A stretch of 64,000 bases of DNA. Origin: Trichosphaerium sp. ATCC 40318 (lineage: Eukaryota; Protista; Tubulinea). The stretch is from NCBI GenBank assembly GCA_038496445.1, contig JALMLS010000541.1, positions 200,951 to 264,950 on the forward strand, written 5' to 3'. The translations under genes and the position numbers were made by a program. Below are positions 50,149 to 62,444 of the stretch, in pieces; within the stretch, counting starts at the first letter, position 1; every line of letters starts with the position of its first letter. The notes under the pieces are model-generated. The model had not been told where the DNA came from. It did no database searches and saw nothing but the letters and a program-made list of their open reading frames with translations.

Positions 50149-51263
50149 TCAAAGTTTTGACACTTTATTAAAGGCGATTGATTGAGCAGTTGCCGCTGCA
50201 ACAGCTTTTATAAATGCAGATCTTACACCGGCATCTTCTAGCTCTGCATATCCGGCTAAAAGTGATTTGTATTAGTACATTTATGAAATGTATCTTAGAA
50301 GCTAACATACCGGCTGTGGTGCCACCTGGAGACATTACCATGTCTTTTAATAGAGCAGGGTGATTGTGCTTCAATAGAGTTGCAACACTCTCGAATACAC
50401 CTTGAACAAATTTGGTACTAACAGGCCTCTGGTAAAATGGATTAAGAAATGGACATACAAAGGGCAGTAAAATTAACAAAAATTACCTGTAATCCCGCTT
50501 TTACACCTGCATCAGCAAGAGCCTCTGCGACTAGTGCCAACCAAGCTGGAGCAGAACCAATCATAGCTGTAGCAATATCTAAACAATCCATAAGTGGACA
50601 CGTGGGTATACGATGAGACGGTACCTATATCATGTTCTGATTTTACCCACCAAGCTTGTCCAATAGCCTTTCAATGACAAGTTAGCTTTCTTAAGGTCAG
50701 GTTCCGCGTTTTTAAGCACGTACGCGCATTACATCTAAGGCTTGGGTTTTAAATGACGGATCACCTGTCACTGCTGTTGCTGACTTGCCATAAAAAGCAC
50801 CCACGTTTGGAATGGCTCTGATATAAACGCCAGACGCAAGATTTTTCTGAAGCCAAAGTGTCAGTGTCAGTGAGCTTTAACATTTACGTACTTTGACAGT
50901 GTTTATTTTAATACCAGCCATAATAGTAATTACTGCCTTGGCAGTGCCAGAGAACTTTAATAGAGGCCATATTTGAGGTTTTACTGCCAATACAACTACA
51001 TGTCCTTCAACGTTGTATTTACCATTCTACGAGACTATCAGCACTATAGTGAGTTGTTTTTATGCGTCGAAAAAGCAATTGGGATCAGTTTGCACCTCTA
51101 ATTCTATAAAACTAATTGATGGAAACTGGCTTTTGAGCGCTTTACGCCTATCATGATTTATTTCAGCGACGAGCACGTCAATGCCGCGCTCGACCCACCC
51201 AGAAAGCATAGCGCCACCCATATTACCAGCGCCAATAAGTGTAAGCTTGGTTACTTGAGACAT
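50149..51263 (-). CDS. proC: Pyrroline-5-carboxylate reductase with C-terminal SKL
   Basis: LIGAGNMG, LAVKPQ, IMAGI, RAIPN, GSAPAW, AEALADAGV, VMSPGGTTAAGY; ends ...FNKVSKL*. Confidence 0.92.
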
Positions 51264-51639
51264 TGCGTTGGTTCAATTCACTGTTTTGTGTACATAAGCC
51301 AGGCACCAATTTTGGTTTTTGTAATTGTCTATTGTGTTAACGCCTTCGTTATGAACCCGTACATTACCCTGTAGGCCTCACTTTGAACGATTCGAGCTTG
51401 GACAGATAACTTAGGTCAACGTTTTTATTTTTCCATAATATTTGTACTGGTCCGTCCTACTTTAGTAGCACATCAAAAGTTCCAATATTTTAAAAGGGTA
51501 CGGCTACAACAAACAATTGTTAAGAATACGCGCGGAATTTAGATTACAATTACATAACGTTTGCATGGTCGCGTAATATTGTTAACTAGTAATATAGGAG
51601 GCGCTACAACTGATTATTAATCAATCTTCCTGTGCGAAA

Positions 51640-54600
51640 ATGGCAAACAAGCTCCAACAATTCGAACAATTACTGCAAAGCCTCACGTCCCCTGACAATG
51701 TTGCAAGAAAGAAAGCAGAAGAGATATTTGGTCAGTTGAAGCAAAACAATCCAAAAGAAGCTTTGACGCTTCTAATGCAAGCCATGAGAGGTTGTGAAAA
51801 TCAACAAGTGCGTATTGTTCTTTCTGATCAGTTTTTTCCTCTTCAGACAGCTTTTTACGCCTATTCTTGCGCCCCAAAAATCGTTTCTATGCTTGTTCTC
51901 ATTGTATACGATAGTTGCGCGCTCTCGCGTCTATTTTGGTCCGAGGCGCAGTCATCCGTGTTAAAGACTCTTTATGGCGTGCAGTCGATCTGGAAACTCA
52001 AAATTTCGCTAAAACACAACTGTTGGAATGTATGTTACGCATTTTTTCTTTTTTTTTTTGTACAATCGCACTCTAAATCAACACCTATTGTAGCGCTCAA
52101 GAATGAAGCGCAACCATATGTATTGCGACAAGTAACAGACTGTGTTGCTATGCTTGCTTCGTCAATTTGTCCTGATGGTACGCTTTTTTTGCGAATTTTT
52201 TTTTGTTTTTATTGTTGACAGCCACCAAAAACAATATTAGCAGCGTGTTTTGCAATAATTATGCGCTGCAGTACCTTCCAGATAAAAAATAGAAAGTGTC
52301 AACGGCTAGTAATTTTTTTTTTTTCAGATGAAATTTTTATGCGTTTTCTGTTTGGCTGAAATTCAGAAATATAGTAGAAAATACTCTCAACCATTATTTT
52401 CTTGCACGTGAAAAAAAAAACCCAAGCTCCCAAAAGATGTTTCATGATTTTGATATCTTTTATTTAGGCGAGTGGAACGAGTTATTTCCTTTTCTCCTTG
52501 AATACGCTCAATCACAACAAGCACCCCACCGCGAGGTACTTTATCTGATATTACAATTACAACAATCACTACAGATTACTCTGATCGCCCTTATACTTTT
52601 TTGAATTGTGAAGATGAAATGTGCTAAAGTAGTTTAGGCCGGTATGAGTATTTATTGCAAGTTGGCAGCCTACATGGGAGAAAATCTAAAACCTTTGTAT
52701 CCTCAGTTAAAAGGCGTTTGGGGTCATGGACTTCTCGACACTCACACCAAAGCTGCAGTCCAGGCATTACACACTATCGCATACGCTGTGCAATGGTGTG
52801 ACACAATGGAAGAAGCTAATATCTTCGTTCAATTTTTGCCTCAAATGTTGCAGGTAAAACCAAAAAGCTGCACTCATTTGAGAGACTGACGCTAGTTATA
52901 AGGTTGTCACCAAGGCGCTCCACGCCCAAGATGAAGAAAGCTCATTGCAGTCAATTCAGATGTTCACAGATCTTGCAGAGCTTGCGCCTGGATTTTTACG
53001 CTCACATTTACCTGCTATTGTAACAACCATGATGAAGGTTGCCAGCTCTGCTGGTCTTGATGATTGTACACTTTCCTAGTCAAAGTTGTTATTTTTCTGA
53101 CCTTCTTTTCAATGCAGCGCTCAGACAAGCTGGTGCTGAATTTTTAATTTCCGCAACTGAAGCTGATGGTGGTAAAACTGTTGGTGGTATCGATGGATTC
53201 TTCAAGAATGCTCTTGGTATTCTATTGACAATGATGCTCGAAATTGAAGAAGATGTGGAAGACTGGAACAGTCGCTCGGTACCCATTTTGAGTTTTTCGT
53301 TCATCCCTAATAGAAATAAATAGGAAGATGAACGAGATACAGACAATAATAACTGGAATGTTGCTGAGGAGTACCTTGACAGATTTGCAATTGCTTGTGG
53401 TATGACATTGGGGTTTTTTAAGTGACTTTACTGTAAATTCTAACAATATTGTGCTTTATAGGTGGTGAGCGCATAGTACCTTTGATGTTCAATGAAAACA
53501 TCCCTCAATTGCTTGGAGGATCAGAATGGAAACACAGACGCACTGCCTTGCTCGCTATTTCGCAAATTGGAGAAGGTTGTGTTAAGGAGATGCAGCCTGT
53601 TTTGGACAAAATTGTACCGTAAGTTTCAGTTAAACACCACTCTTTATTAAACGGCATTAGTATGGTACTCCCACATTTCACAGATGCACATCCATATGTG
53701 CGATGGGCTGCTGCAAACGCGCTTGGACAGATGGCAACAGACTTCGGGGTACTATCATTTTTTGTTTCTATTTTTAGCTAACCAAAAAATAGCCTCACTT
53801 TCAAATGACGTACCACCAAGTAGCTATCCCTGCACTTTTGAGTCTCATGGATGATACTGCTAATCAAAGGTATTTTTTTTTTTGAAAAATAGTGTTCGCA
53901 AAGTGCTAGAAACTTATGTTATGCAAAAGAGTACAATGTCATTCTGCTGCCGCAATTATTAACTTCATGGAAAAATTTAACACAAGCTTTGTCGCACCAT
54001 ACCTCGAACCTATCATGGCAAAACTCCTCATATTGCTTAACAGCAACAATACATATGTACAAGAGCAAGCTGTAACTGCGATTGCCTCCGTTGCGGACTG
54101 CGCAAAAGGCGGTTTCCACCAGGTATGCCTGATGAAGTATCTCTCTATAATGTTAACCATGCTAGTATTATGACACAATCGTTCCTATTATGAAAACAAT
54201 CTTGGTTCAAGCTCGTGGTAAAGATCAGCGAAAACTTCGCGGAAAAGCGCTGGAATGTATCACTTTAGTTGGTTGCTCTGTTGGAAAAGAGAGATTTTTC
54301 ACAGATGCCAAGCTTATTATGGAGATGTTACAGTCTGATTTACAAAATGGTATGGCTGATGACGATCCACAAAAAGATTATATTTTACAGTCTTGGATTC
54401 GCATGTGCCGATGCTTGGGAAAAGATTTTGTACCTTATTTGCCAATGGTAAGCTCCGTCATTATTTCCTTTGAATACAAGCTAAATGCGTATTTAGGTTA
54501 TACCTCCAATACTTCAAATTGCCTCTGTTGAACCAGAGCTACGAGTTCAGGATTCTAACGCTGCTGAAGAGGAAGATGGCTGGGAGTACTTGACTGTTGG

Positions 54601-56600
54601 AGACAAAGTACAGAGTTTCAAATCCTTGCATTGTTTTTTGACCCTATTTGCATAGAAAATTGCTATTCATACATCAGTAATTGAAGAAAAAGCTGCTGCA
54701 ATCAACATGCTTTACGGTAATAACCTTTTTATGTTAATTAATTTTCCATTTATTTTACACGTTGGCTTAATGCGTCATTAGCATACGTTTTCGAACTCAA
54801 AGATGGCTTTATCGAATGGGTAGACCGTACAGCTGCTGTTCTCGTACCGCTTATAACTTTCTACTACCATCAAGATATCCTTTTTGCGCTTATACCAAGC
54901 TAACATTAGTTGTTTTTTTTTTTTTTTGAAACAATTATTTTTTCCCTTAACACGTCCTTACGTGTACGTATGGCAGTACTCAACGCATTCCCACAGCTCT
55001 TGCAAAGTTCCGTGTTACACGCGAAAAAGACAGGTCAAGGTGCTGATAAAGTTAAGACACTATTCGAATACATATTACAACAGCTTGTACGCATTTTACT
55101 GTACCTACTCAAATCCTCTTTTAATATATTATGAAAAAATCTTAACTAACTTTTTGTAGCTGGATGGCATTAGAAATGAAGATGATGCTGAAATCGTAGA
55201 AGCCGAAATTGAATCCGTTCATGAGTGCATAAGCATGCTTGGTGAAAACGGATTATCTGCAGAACATATTCCCGCTGCAATTGAGGTAGTAAACCACGTT
55301 TTGGGATGGGTTCATAAGAGAAGAGGAGATAGAGCTGGTAAAGTCTTGATTTTTTTTTTTCGGTTGCCCAACATCATGTCTAAGTATTGTACTTTAGCAC
55401 AAAAAGCCAAGCATAATCAAGGACTATCTGGTCGTGGTATACTTGAAGACGAATTACGCGATAACGCTTGCGAGAGCGAGGTATTTAAATTCTGAGATTC
55501 CTGTTTGTTGACACAATTTTTAGCTCGCTGAAATTATCGGCGCGTTGGCGAAATGGAACATGCCTTTGTTCCTCCCAGTTTTCCAAGGCATGGGCGACAC
55601 ACTTACAAAACTTTTGGTACGCCTTACACTGCTGTTTAACAATATCTAACGTTTTACCAAAGGCTTCAGACCACTTTGCAGACAAACAACTTGGCATCTG
55701 TATTTTTGATGATGTTGTTGAACACTGCAAGAGCAAAGATGTACGCAAAAAACCCCTCGCAGAAGAGTTTTTCTTTACTTACTCGTAAATCCCTTAGGTT
55801 GTGAAACTCATGCTTCAAGCATTTTTACCTGCTGTTGTACCAAACATTACTCATGCAGATCCAACAGTCCGTCAAGCTGCTGTATACGGTATGGGTGTTT
55901 GTGCGCAAAGAGGACAAGAATTATTTGTTCCGCTTGTCAAAGGTAATTTACAAAATAATGTATATCATATGCGTTAACACCAGATTAGATATTACACAAA
56001 ACCTTTTGCGGGCTATAACCGCTCAAGATGCACGCTTTGGGGATAACGCTCCACCTACAGATAATGCCATTTCTTCCGTGGGCAAGATAATTTTGTACCA
56101 AAGGCAGCACGTTGATCTCGCCCAAGTACGCATTAAGTTTTAACCCGCATGAGGCGTTGGGTAGTACTGATAGTCACTAACGGTTTTTTAAGCTTGTCCC
56201 TGCGTTTGCTAGCTGGCTTCCATGCACCGCCGATGCACTTGAATGTGTTGTTGTACATAATCAACTCTGCGATATTATCGAAGAGTGCGTAATATTTTTC
56301 TTATTTGTTTTGTTTTGTGCAACGTGTTAACATTTTATTCTTAGCGAAGCACTCAGCCAGATACTATTTGGAGCCAACTACCAAGGACTCCCTGCAGTAC
56401 TAAAAATATTTTGCGAGCTCATCAACACACAGTATATCGAGCCAAAGTGCCAAAACAGGATAGTCAATATTTTGAAAAAGATAGCAACATTCCCACCTGC
56501 CCTACTTCAAAATTCAATCGGTGCTCTGCCAGTAGAATACCGACCAGTAGCTACTGGTCTGTTCGCCAAATTGGACACCTTATTATTGCCAGTGTCATGA
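51640..56600 (+). CDS. IPO5: Importin-5 (karyopherin beta-3 / Kap121-like)
   Basis: [92 protein letters not shown]. Confidence 0.93.
54875..54961 (+). other. U12-type (minor spliceosome) AT-AC intron in importin-5
   Basis: 5' ATATCCTTT; branch site TTCCCTTAAC 10 nt before the terminal AC; removal restores FYYHQ-G-VRMA in frame. Confidence 0.9.
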
Positions 56601-56734
56601 TAAACCAGGCTTGTAAAAAAAAATCATCACTGTGGCACGTGTTTTTTTAAAACGTATTAAAAATGCAGTTTTTACTACTTGCTTTCGAGTAATATTACAC
56701 TGCTTTATTTTATAGTACAATTGCCCCTGCGAGT

Positions 56735-57385
56735 TTACTTCAAAGTTGGCACACGCCTCGTGTATCACGTACTTTTACAGTACGTAGCATTTTATCAACA
56801 AAATCGTAAAAATCAGGATTCTCGTTTAGACACCTTGACAATAGCTTCAAAGGATCTCTAGAGCGTGTTATAGTTCTGATGACTTGCTGTAACCTTTTGT
56901 CTTGCAAAGTATGTACAATGTCTTCATTGTCTCCTATTTAGAGGTCAGCAAGGTTATTTCTTTTAGAAAGTGTCAAAATATGTTAATTGTTGAGAAATGT
57001 TTGTTAAAAACAAAACCGAACCTAGCGTTTGCTTTTGTTCTTCTGTCAGTATCTTTGTCACACCGAACAGCGTATCTATCTCCTCTTTTGGCTCTTCTTC
57101 CTCATTGTTAGGTGTTATAAGAGCATCTTGTAGCTCGTTTTCCGCGTCATGCGCGTCGTGGAACGCTGTGTGCTTTTTAAAGCAGGCAAGCGAGCAGCTG
57201 TAATTTAAAATTATTTAATTATGTATATATTGCCATTATACGCACTAGTGTACCCGACACTTTGGACATTTGTATTTTGAAGGCTGTTCATCGCAAACTC
57301 CACAAACTGGCGACGTACGTGCCTTTTTACGCGCGTCTACACCTACAGGCTCCTCATTTTTGCGTTTAGAGCCTTGCGTGATCAT
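56735..57385 (-). CDS. ZNHIT3: HIT-type zinc finger protein (ZNHIT3/Hit1-like, box C/D snoRNP assembly)
   Basis: CGVCDEQPSKYKCPKCRVH|.CSLACFKKH; C-terminal NPDFYDFVDKML. Confidence 0.8.
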
Positions 57386-57579
57386 TTGGTTTGCTTTCTC
57401 AACTCAAAGCGCAGGAACTGAAAATTCAATTCAAGCGTAGTCAAGAGAAAATTAGTTCCTCTGTGCCAAAGGAAGAAGTGTACACAAACAGCAATCTACA
57501 CACTTGGTTTTCGGTTTATTGAAATAGCCCATAAAATTGCGAAAAAACAAAAGTTACAACACAAGCGCCCCAACCGACC

Positions 57580-60500
57580 ATGTCGGACAATATTAGCCAG
57601 GAGGACATTAAAAACCTGAAAGAGTTGTTCAAGGGTCACGATGCAGCCGTTGTTGAAGGTGTATTTTATCAATTGGATAAAGACTTCGAAAAAACGTTTA
57701 AAGCGCTCAAAAACATGCAAATGAGTCAGGAGCAGCACGCAATGGGTCGTGTTACGAATGAACAGAAGTTGGCGTTCTTTGTTGCCGTTTTTGATCAGGT
57801 AGCAGCTCTATCTGGTTTTAAAGTACACTCAGCCACTTTGTAGCTCGAAAAGGTGATCATTGAAAGCATACTGGAACAGAAAAAATGGGACGCTGGAAAT
57901 GCGCTTGATACGTTGTTTGAGTTAGAGGAGCAGCGCGAAAAGGCAGAAGAAGAGAAAAGGTACGTAGTGCGGCCGTGCCTCAAATTTTTGCGACACGTCA
58001 ACTGACACATTGCGCCAATTAGGAAAAAAGAAGCGGAAGCACGTAAACGAAAGGAAGAAGAAGAACGCAAGTTATATGAGGCAGAGCTTAAGAAAGTTGA
58101 ACGCCACAACAAGGTACACAAAAAACAATTCGTCGACCAGGTTTAAGAATCCACATCCACGTGTCAAATTGTTTTTGGTTTTATTGAGGACTCACCCGTT
58201 TGTTCCTTCAGATTTTGGCGTTACAAGCTATATTCCCTAAGCTGCACCCGCAAATGATTGCATCCATCTTGGCGGACAAGAATGGAAATGAGGTACACCA
58301 TTTTGTGTTAATGTTTGTTTGTGTTAATCTTTGCAACATAGGGAGAAGCAACAACTGTTCTGTTACAACTTGAAGAAGATAGAGCTCTGCGGGAGGAACA
58401 ACAGAAAAACCTACAAGCAGAAAGAAAACAAGCTGAGGAACGCCGCAGAAGACTAGCGGAGGTAACTTATCCATTTTTGGCACAAAAACCCCATATACTA
58501 AGGCGTGGTTAGGCAGTAACATACGAGTCTAAAGCTGCAGAGGCTGTCCAAAACAACCTTTCCAAAATTGAAGAGTGTAAAGATTGGAATCAAGTGAACA
58601 AAATAGTCAACGATAGTGCTACAGACGCCGTACTAATTACATAATTTAAGTTGTACAATTTTCTCACATTATATTTTCAGGCTGCTGCAGAATTATTGTT
58701 AAAAGAAAAAGACAAGTGCGCTATGATTTTAGTTGCCCGTGAGATCTTTCCTCAATTGGCAGCCATTGCTATACGTCGTGTACGTTAAATATAACTCAGC
58801 TTCTGTAACTTTGTCTTACTCGTGTACGCAGGTGTTTGAGAAGAACAACTGGAAGCACAAAGAAACGATTGATGAGCTTAAACAAATTGATTTTGCACGT
58901 GCTCGCTCTCAACTCCAAGCTATGTTTCCGCACTTAGAACCTTCTATGGTTGATAGTGTGCTTGCCAAGTATTATCCAGATTCATCACCTGCAATACAAG
59001 AGCTAACACCGTACTCAAACAATGCTCTAAAGGAGCGTTTGTCTAAGCAGGTACAACTTTTCTTTAGTTGCAAATATTTTACTAATTTCGCTTACTTCAC
59101 GTGTAGATGTTCGACAGCTCGCTCGCAGAGCTTGGAAATGCACTTCAACGTCAAAAAGCATTTGATAATAAACGAAGAGATATTGAGGCAAAGAACAAAA
59201 AAATGCAATCGCAGGACTTTGGTGTTGGTCAGGAGTTCTCTAAAGCAGGTATGTTTGCGTTTAATTGTTTATTCTTGTCTTACTGTGTTTAGTTGCGGAG
59301 ATGCAGCAGCTAAAGCAGAAACGCCTTCTTGATGAAGAAGAGCAAAGGTGATTGCACTCATTTACTTTTTGAACCGTTGTAATTATTAACACGTGCCTGT
59401 TAGACTTATGCAAGAAATTCGTGCAAAACAAGAAAAGGTAGATAAAGCACGTGAAGCACTCGAGAATGTCAAAATGTTGAAGATGGAAGCTCACAAGAGG
59501 TGTCAGCAACCTAACAAGCAAAGTACGTTATCAACAGTTCACTGATGGCTTAGTTAACGTACTTTTTATAAAGAACAAGAGAGAAACCTGAACTCTTACT
59601 TTACCAAACGATACAAAGAAGAACAAGAAAGGCTACGCATTGAACACTCAGAGCAACAAAAAGTGAAACAGTCTATCATTGCCCAGAACTTGCAAGCTAA
59701 GCTTGGTACGCTGTGGTGTTTTAACAGTGTACTGTAACTAATTGTTTTACTACAGGCAAAGAGCGCTTTGCAAAATTACAGAAAGCCATAGGTGATGCTC
59801 CAGGTGGTGTTGTGCGTGGTTTTCATCGCCCGGAATACACAAACGATCCAAGCGCGCCACCAGCCAAATCAATACCTCTTGACCAATCACAAGAGCTCAT
59901 TAATGTACTGATTGATCTTTTAGCTGTAAAAGCTTGTATCTGATTTGGAAAATAGGATCTCGAGAACTTCAGAGAATCCGGCTCATACAGCAAGGTGCTG
60001 AACCCTGACTATGTGGACTCAGATGACGAGTATCCACAATTGGAACCAAAGCTTCCACCAGTCCAATTGGATAATATCGGACCACTCATTGATTTGACAC
60101 CGCAACCAGTTGTACCAGCTTTGCCTGCAAGTGCTCTGCAATTATCTGTGCCAGCCCAACTTCCGCCAGCAAACGGACTTGATTTGTCTATGATACCTGG
60201 AGAAAACCAAGAGTATCCTGGACCATTGTATGATCCATTCCAACCAATGCCATCACACAATCCCAATGGTACATTGTTTTTTTTCTTTTTCAAGTTATAC
60301 TAATGATCCTGTAGTTTTTCAGCCATCTGCTCCTTCAGAAAAACCAGACACCAATGCTGAAAGTGCTGAAGAACGCAAAAGAAAGCTGTACGTTGTCCTT
60401 TTTTGCTTTACTTTTTGGTTGTTAACTTAAAAGTAGTGAGCAAGAATCGGAGGATTTGAAATTGGCGATGAAAATGCAAGAAGAAGAAAACAAGCACGCA

Positions 60501-61549
60501 CAGCAGGCTGCAAAGCCACCTGCAAAGCCACCACAGTCTCCTCAACAAACCCAACAGCAATCTGGCGAACAAGCCATAGCCAAGCAACAACAAGCTTATC
60601 AAGCTTCTCATCAACCACAACAACCAATTGCCAGCCCGAATTCACCGTATGTATCGCCACAAATGTCAGGTCACCTAGGTCACGTGAGTACCTATTGCTT
60701 GTATTTAATTTTTTTCAGAAAATATTAAATTCTGTAGGCTGTTCCACCGCCACAGTACCCTGGCCAGTATACTATCCCTCCAGTGAACCACCCTATGCAC
60801 CACCCAGGATACCCTTACAACACGCCACCTGTGCAGTATCAACAACCGTATCCACCACCTCAATATCAATAGTGCGTGTGACTCTTGCCTGGATAGTACT
60901 TGGTAGATACTGACATAAAACTATTAGTTATGCACCGTCACATATGTCACAAGGTCCATATGGACCAATGAAGCCTGTTTATCCAACATACAGTGTCAGT
61001 ACAGCAAACGCTTACCCCGCCATAAGTCAGGCAAGCCCATATGTGGCCAATTTACATGTCAGGTAGCTGTTTTGTTTGGTTGCAATTTGTTTGTAATATG
61101 ATTTGTAGGGTTATTAGTGCAAAGATGCTTTTTAGCAAGAGGCGTGATGGATTGTGTGATGCTCGTGTATCAGTACGGTTACTAGGTGATAAGTCACAAC
61201 CAAAGCAAAGAACACGTGTTATTAAACGGGTACTGAAAATGTTTGTGCAAAGTATTCCGCTTAACTTTAATTAGCATTCCAATCCTGTGTGGAACAGAGA
61301 GTTCCGTTTTGGATTGCGATCATGGAGTGAGACATTGGTGATGAAGGTTGAGAATCAAAGTGGCTTTGGGCGTAGCACTAGCTTGGGAAGTTTTTCACTT
61401 AATGTTGCAGCTGTCCCAAGACGCCAACGAATTGTGTATAATGTAAACTTACAAGGTATGTAATAAGGTATAATACCAGATAGTGATTTGTTGTAGATAC
61501 TCCTCGAGGACAATTAGCTGTTGAACTTTTGATTGAACCAAGATTGTAA
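57580..61549 (+). CDS. Protein with multiple CUE-like repeats, coiled coil, UIM-like motif, P/Q/Y-rich region and C-terminal C2 domain
   Basis: About 5 CUE-like repeats (e.g. LQAMFPHLEPSMVDSVLAKY), ESEDLKLAMKMQEEE, C2 motifs CDARVSVRL...QRTRVIK..NPVWNREFRF. Confidence 0.75.
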
Positions 61550-61869
61550 CTACTAAATCTACTAACAAAAGACATTGTATAAAATTAAAATGTATTGCTT
61601 AGTGACATTGTTGTAAGTTGTGTGAAATGCATTCAATGTTAATGGTAGGTAACAGCCAGTAAAGAGTACCAAAAAAAATGCTATTTTTGTTAAAAAAGTA
61701 ATATGTTAGCAGAAAACAATAAAAATAAGCCTATCCAAAATATAAAGATTAAAAATACCTGTAAAGTCTGTAAAATATTTGTAGTAGGCAATGTACAATT
61801 ACAGGTGTTCCAAACCACAATTAAACAAAGAACTTGCAAAAAACTAAAACGGAAAGACTTATATGTATT

Positions 61870-62016
61870 AACCTAACCCTAATTTTAGTTAGGGTTGTAA
61901 ACCTAACCCTAGCCCTAAATCACAATTGCAATTACAAACCAAAAACCCTAACCCTAATAGAACACAATAAGGATTAGGGTTATACCCTAGAAGCCAATTA
62001 GGTTTAGGGTTTAGGA
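61870..62016. repeat. Cluster of telomere-like CCCTAA/TTAGGG motifs in both orientations
   Basis: CCTAACCCTAA, TTAGGG, CCTAACCCTAGCCCTAA, AACCCTAACCCTAA, TTAGGTTTAGGGTTTAGG. Confidence 0.7.
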
Positions 62017-62444
62017 GTATGTAATTTTTTTTTTCCATTTCACATGTTCTGACTTGTGTTATCTATTTTTGAAATTTTTTTGCACTAGTGCAGGTATTAT
62101 TAACACTAATGTTGACCTGTCATTTATTGTTCTAGGTCAAAACCCTGATACTTTACAAAATCAGAAAAAAATCACTTTGCTGTTTCACAGGCAACCATTT
62201 TTTGTAAATGTATTTTTCAAGTGTTTTTTTTATGTCCTTTGTGAAGATGGCTTTCCTGTTTTTTTCCTACTTTTCTCCTCTTTTTTTACCCTTTTTCACA
62301 TCTTGGTAGTTACACAAACAAAGTTTTTTGGTAATGCATCTTTACAAATAGCATATGCGGTAACACAAGCATACCCCTTGCGAACTCCCGTCGACCTAAA
62401 AATCGGCGGAATTGTATAAGTTTGACTTTTATAAATCAAGATAA

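Noticed and set aside
61870-62016. True telomere
   Set aside because: The repeats are short, interrupted and in both orientations, and genes continue beyond them.
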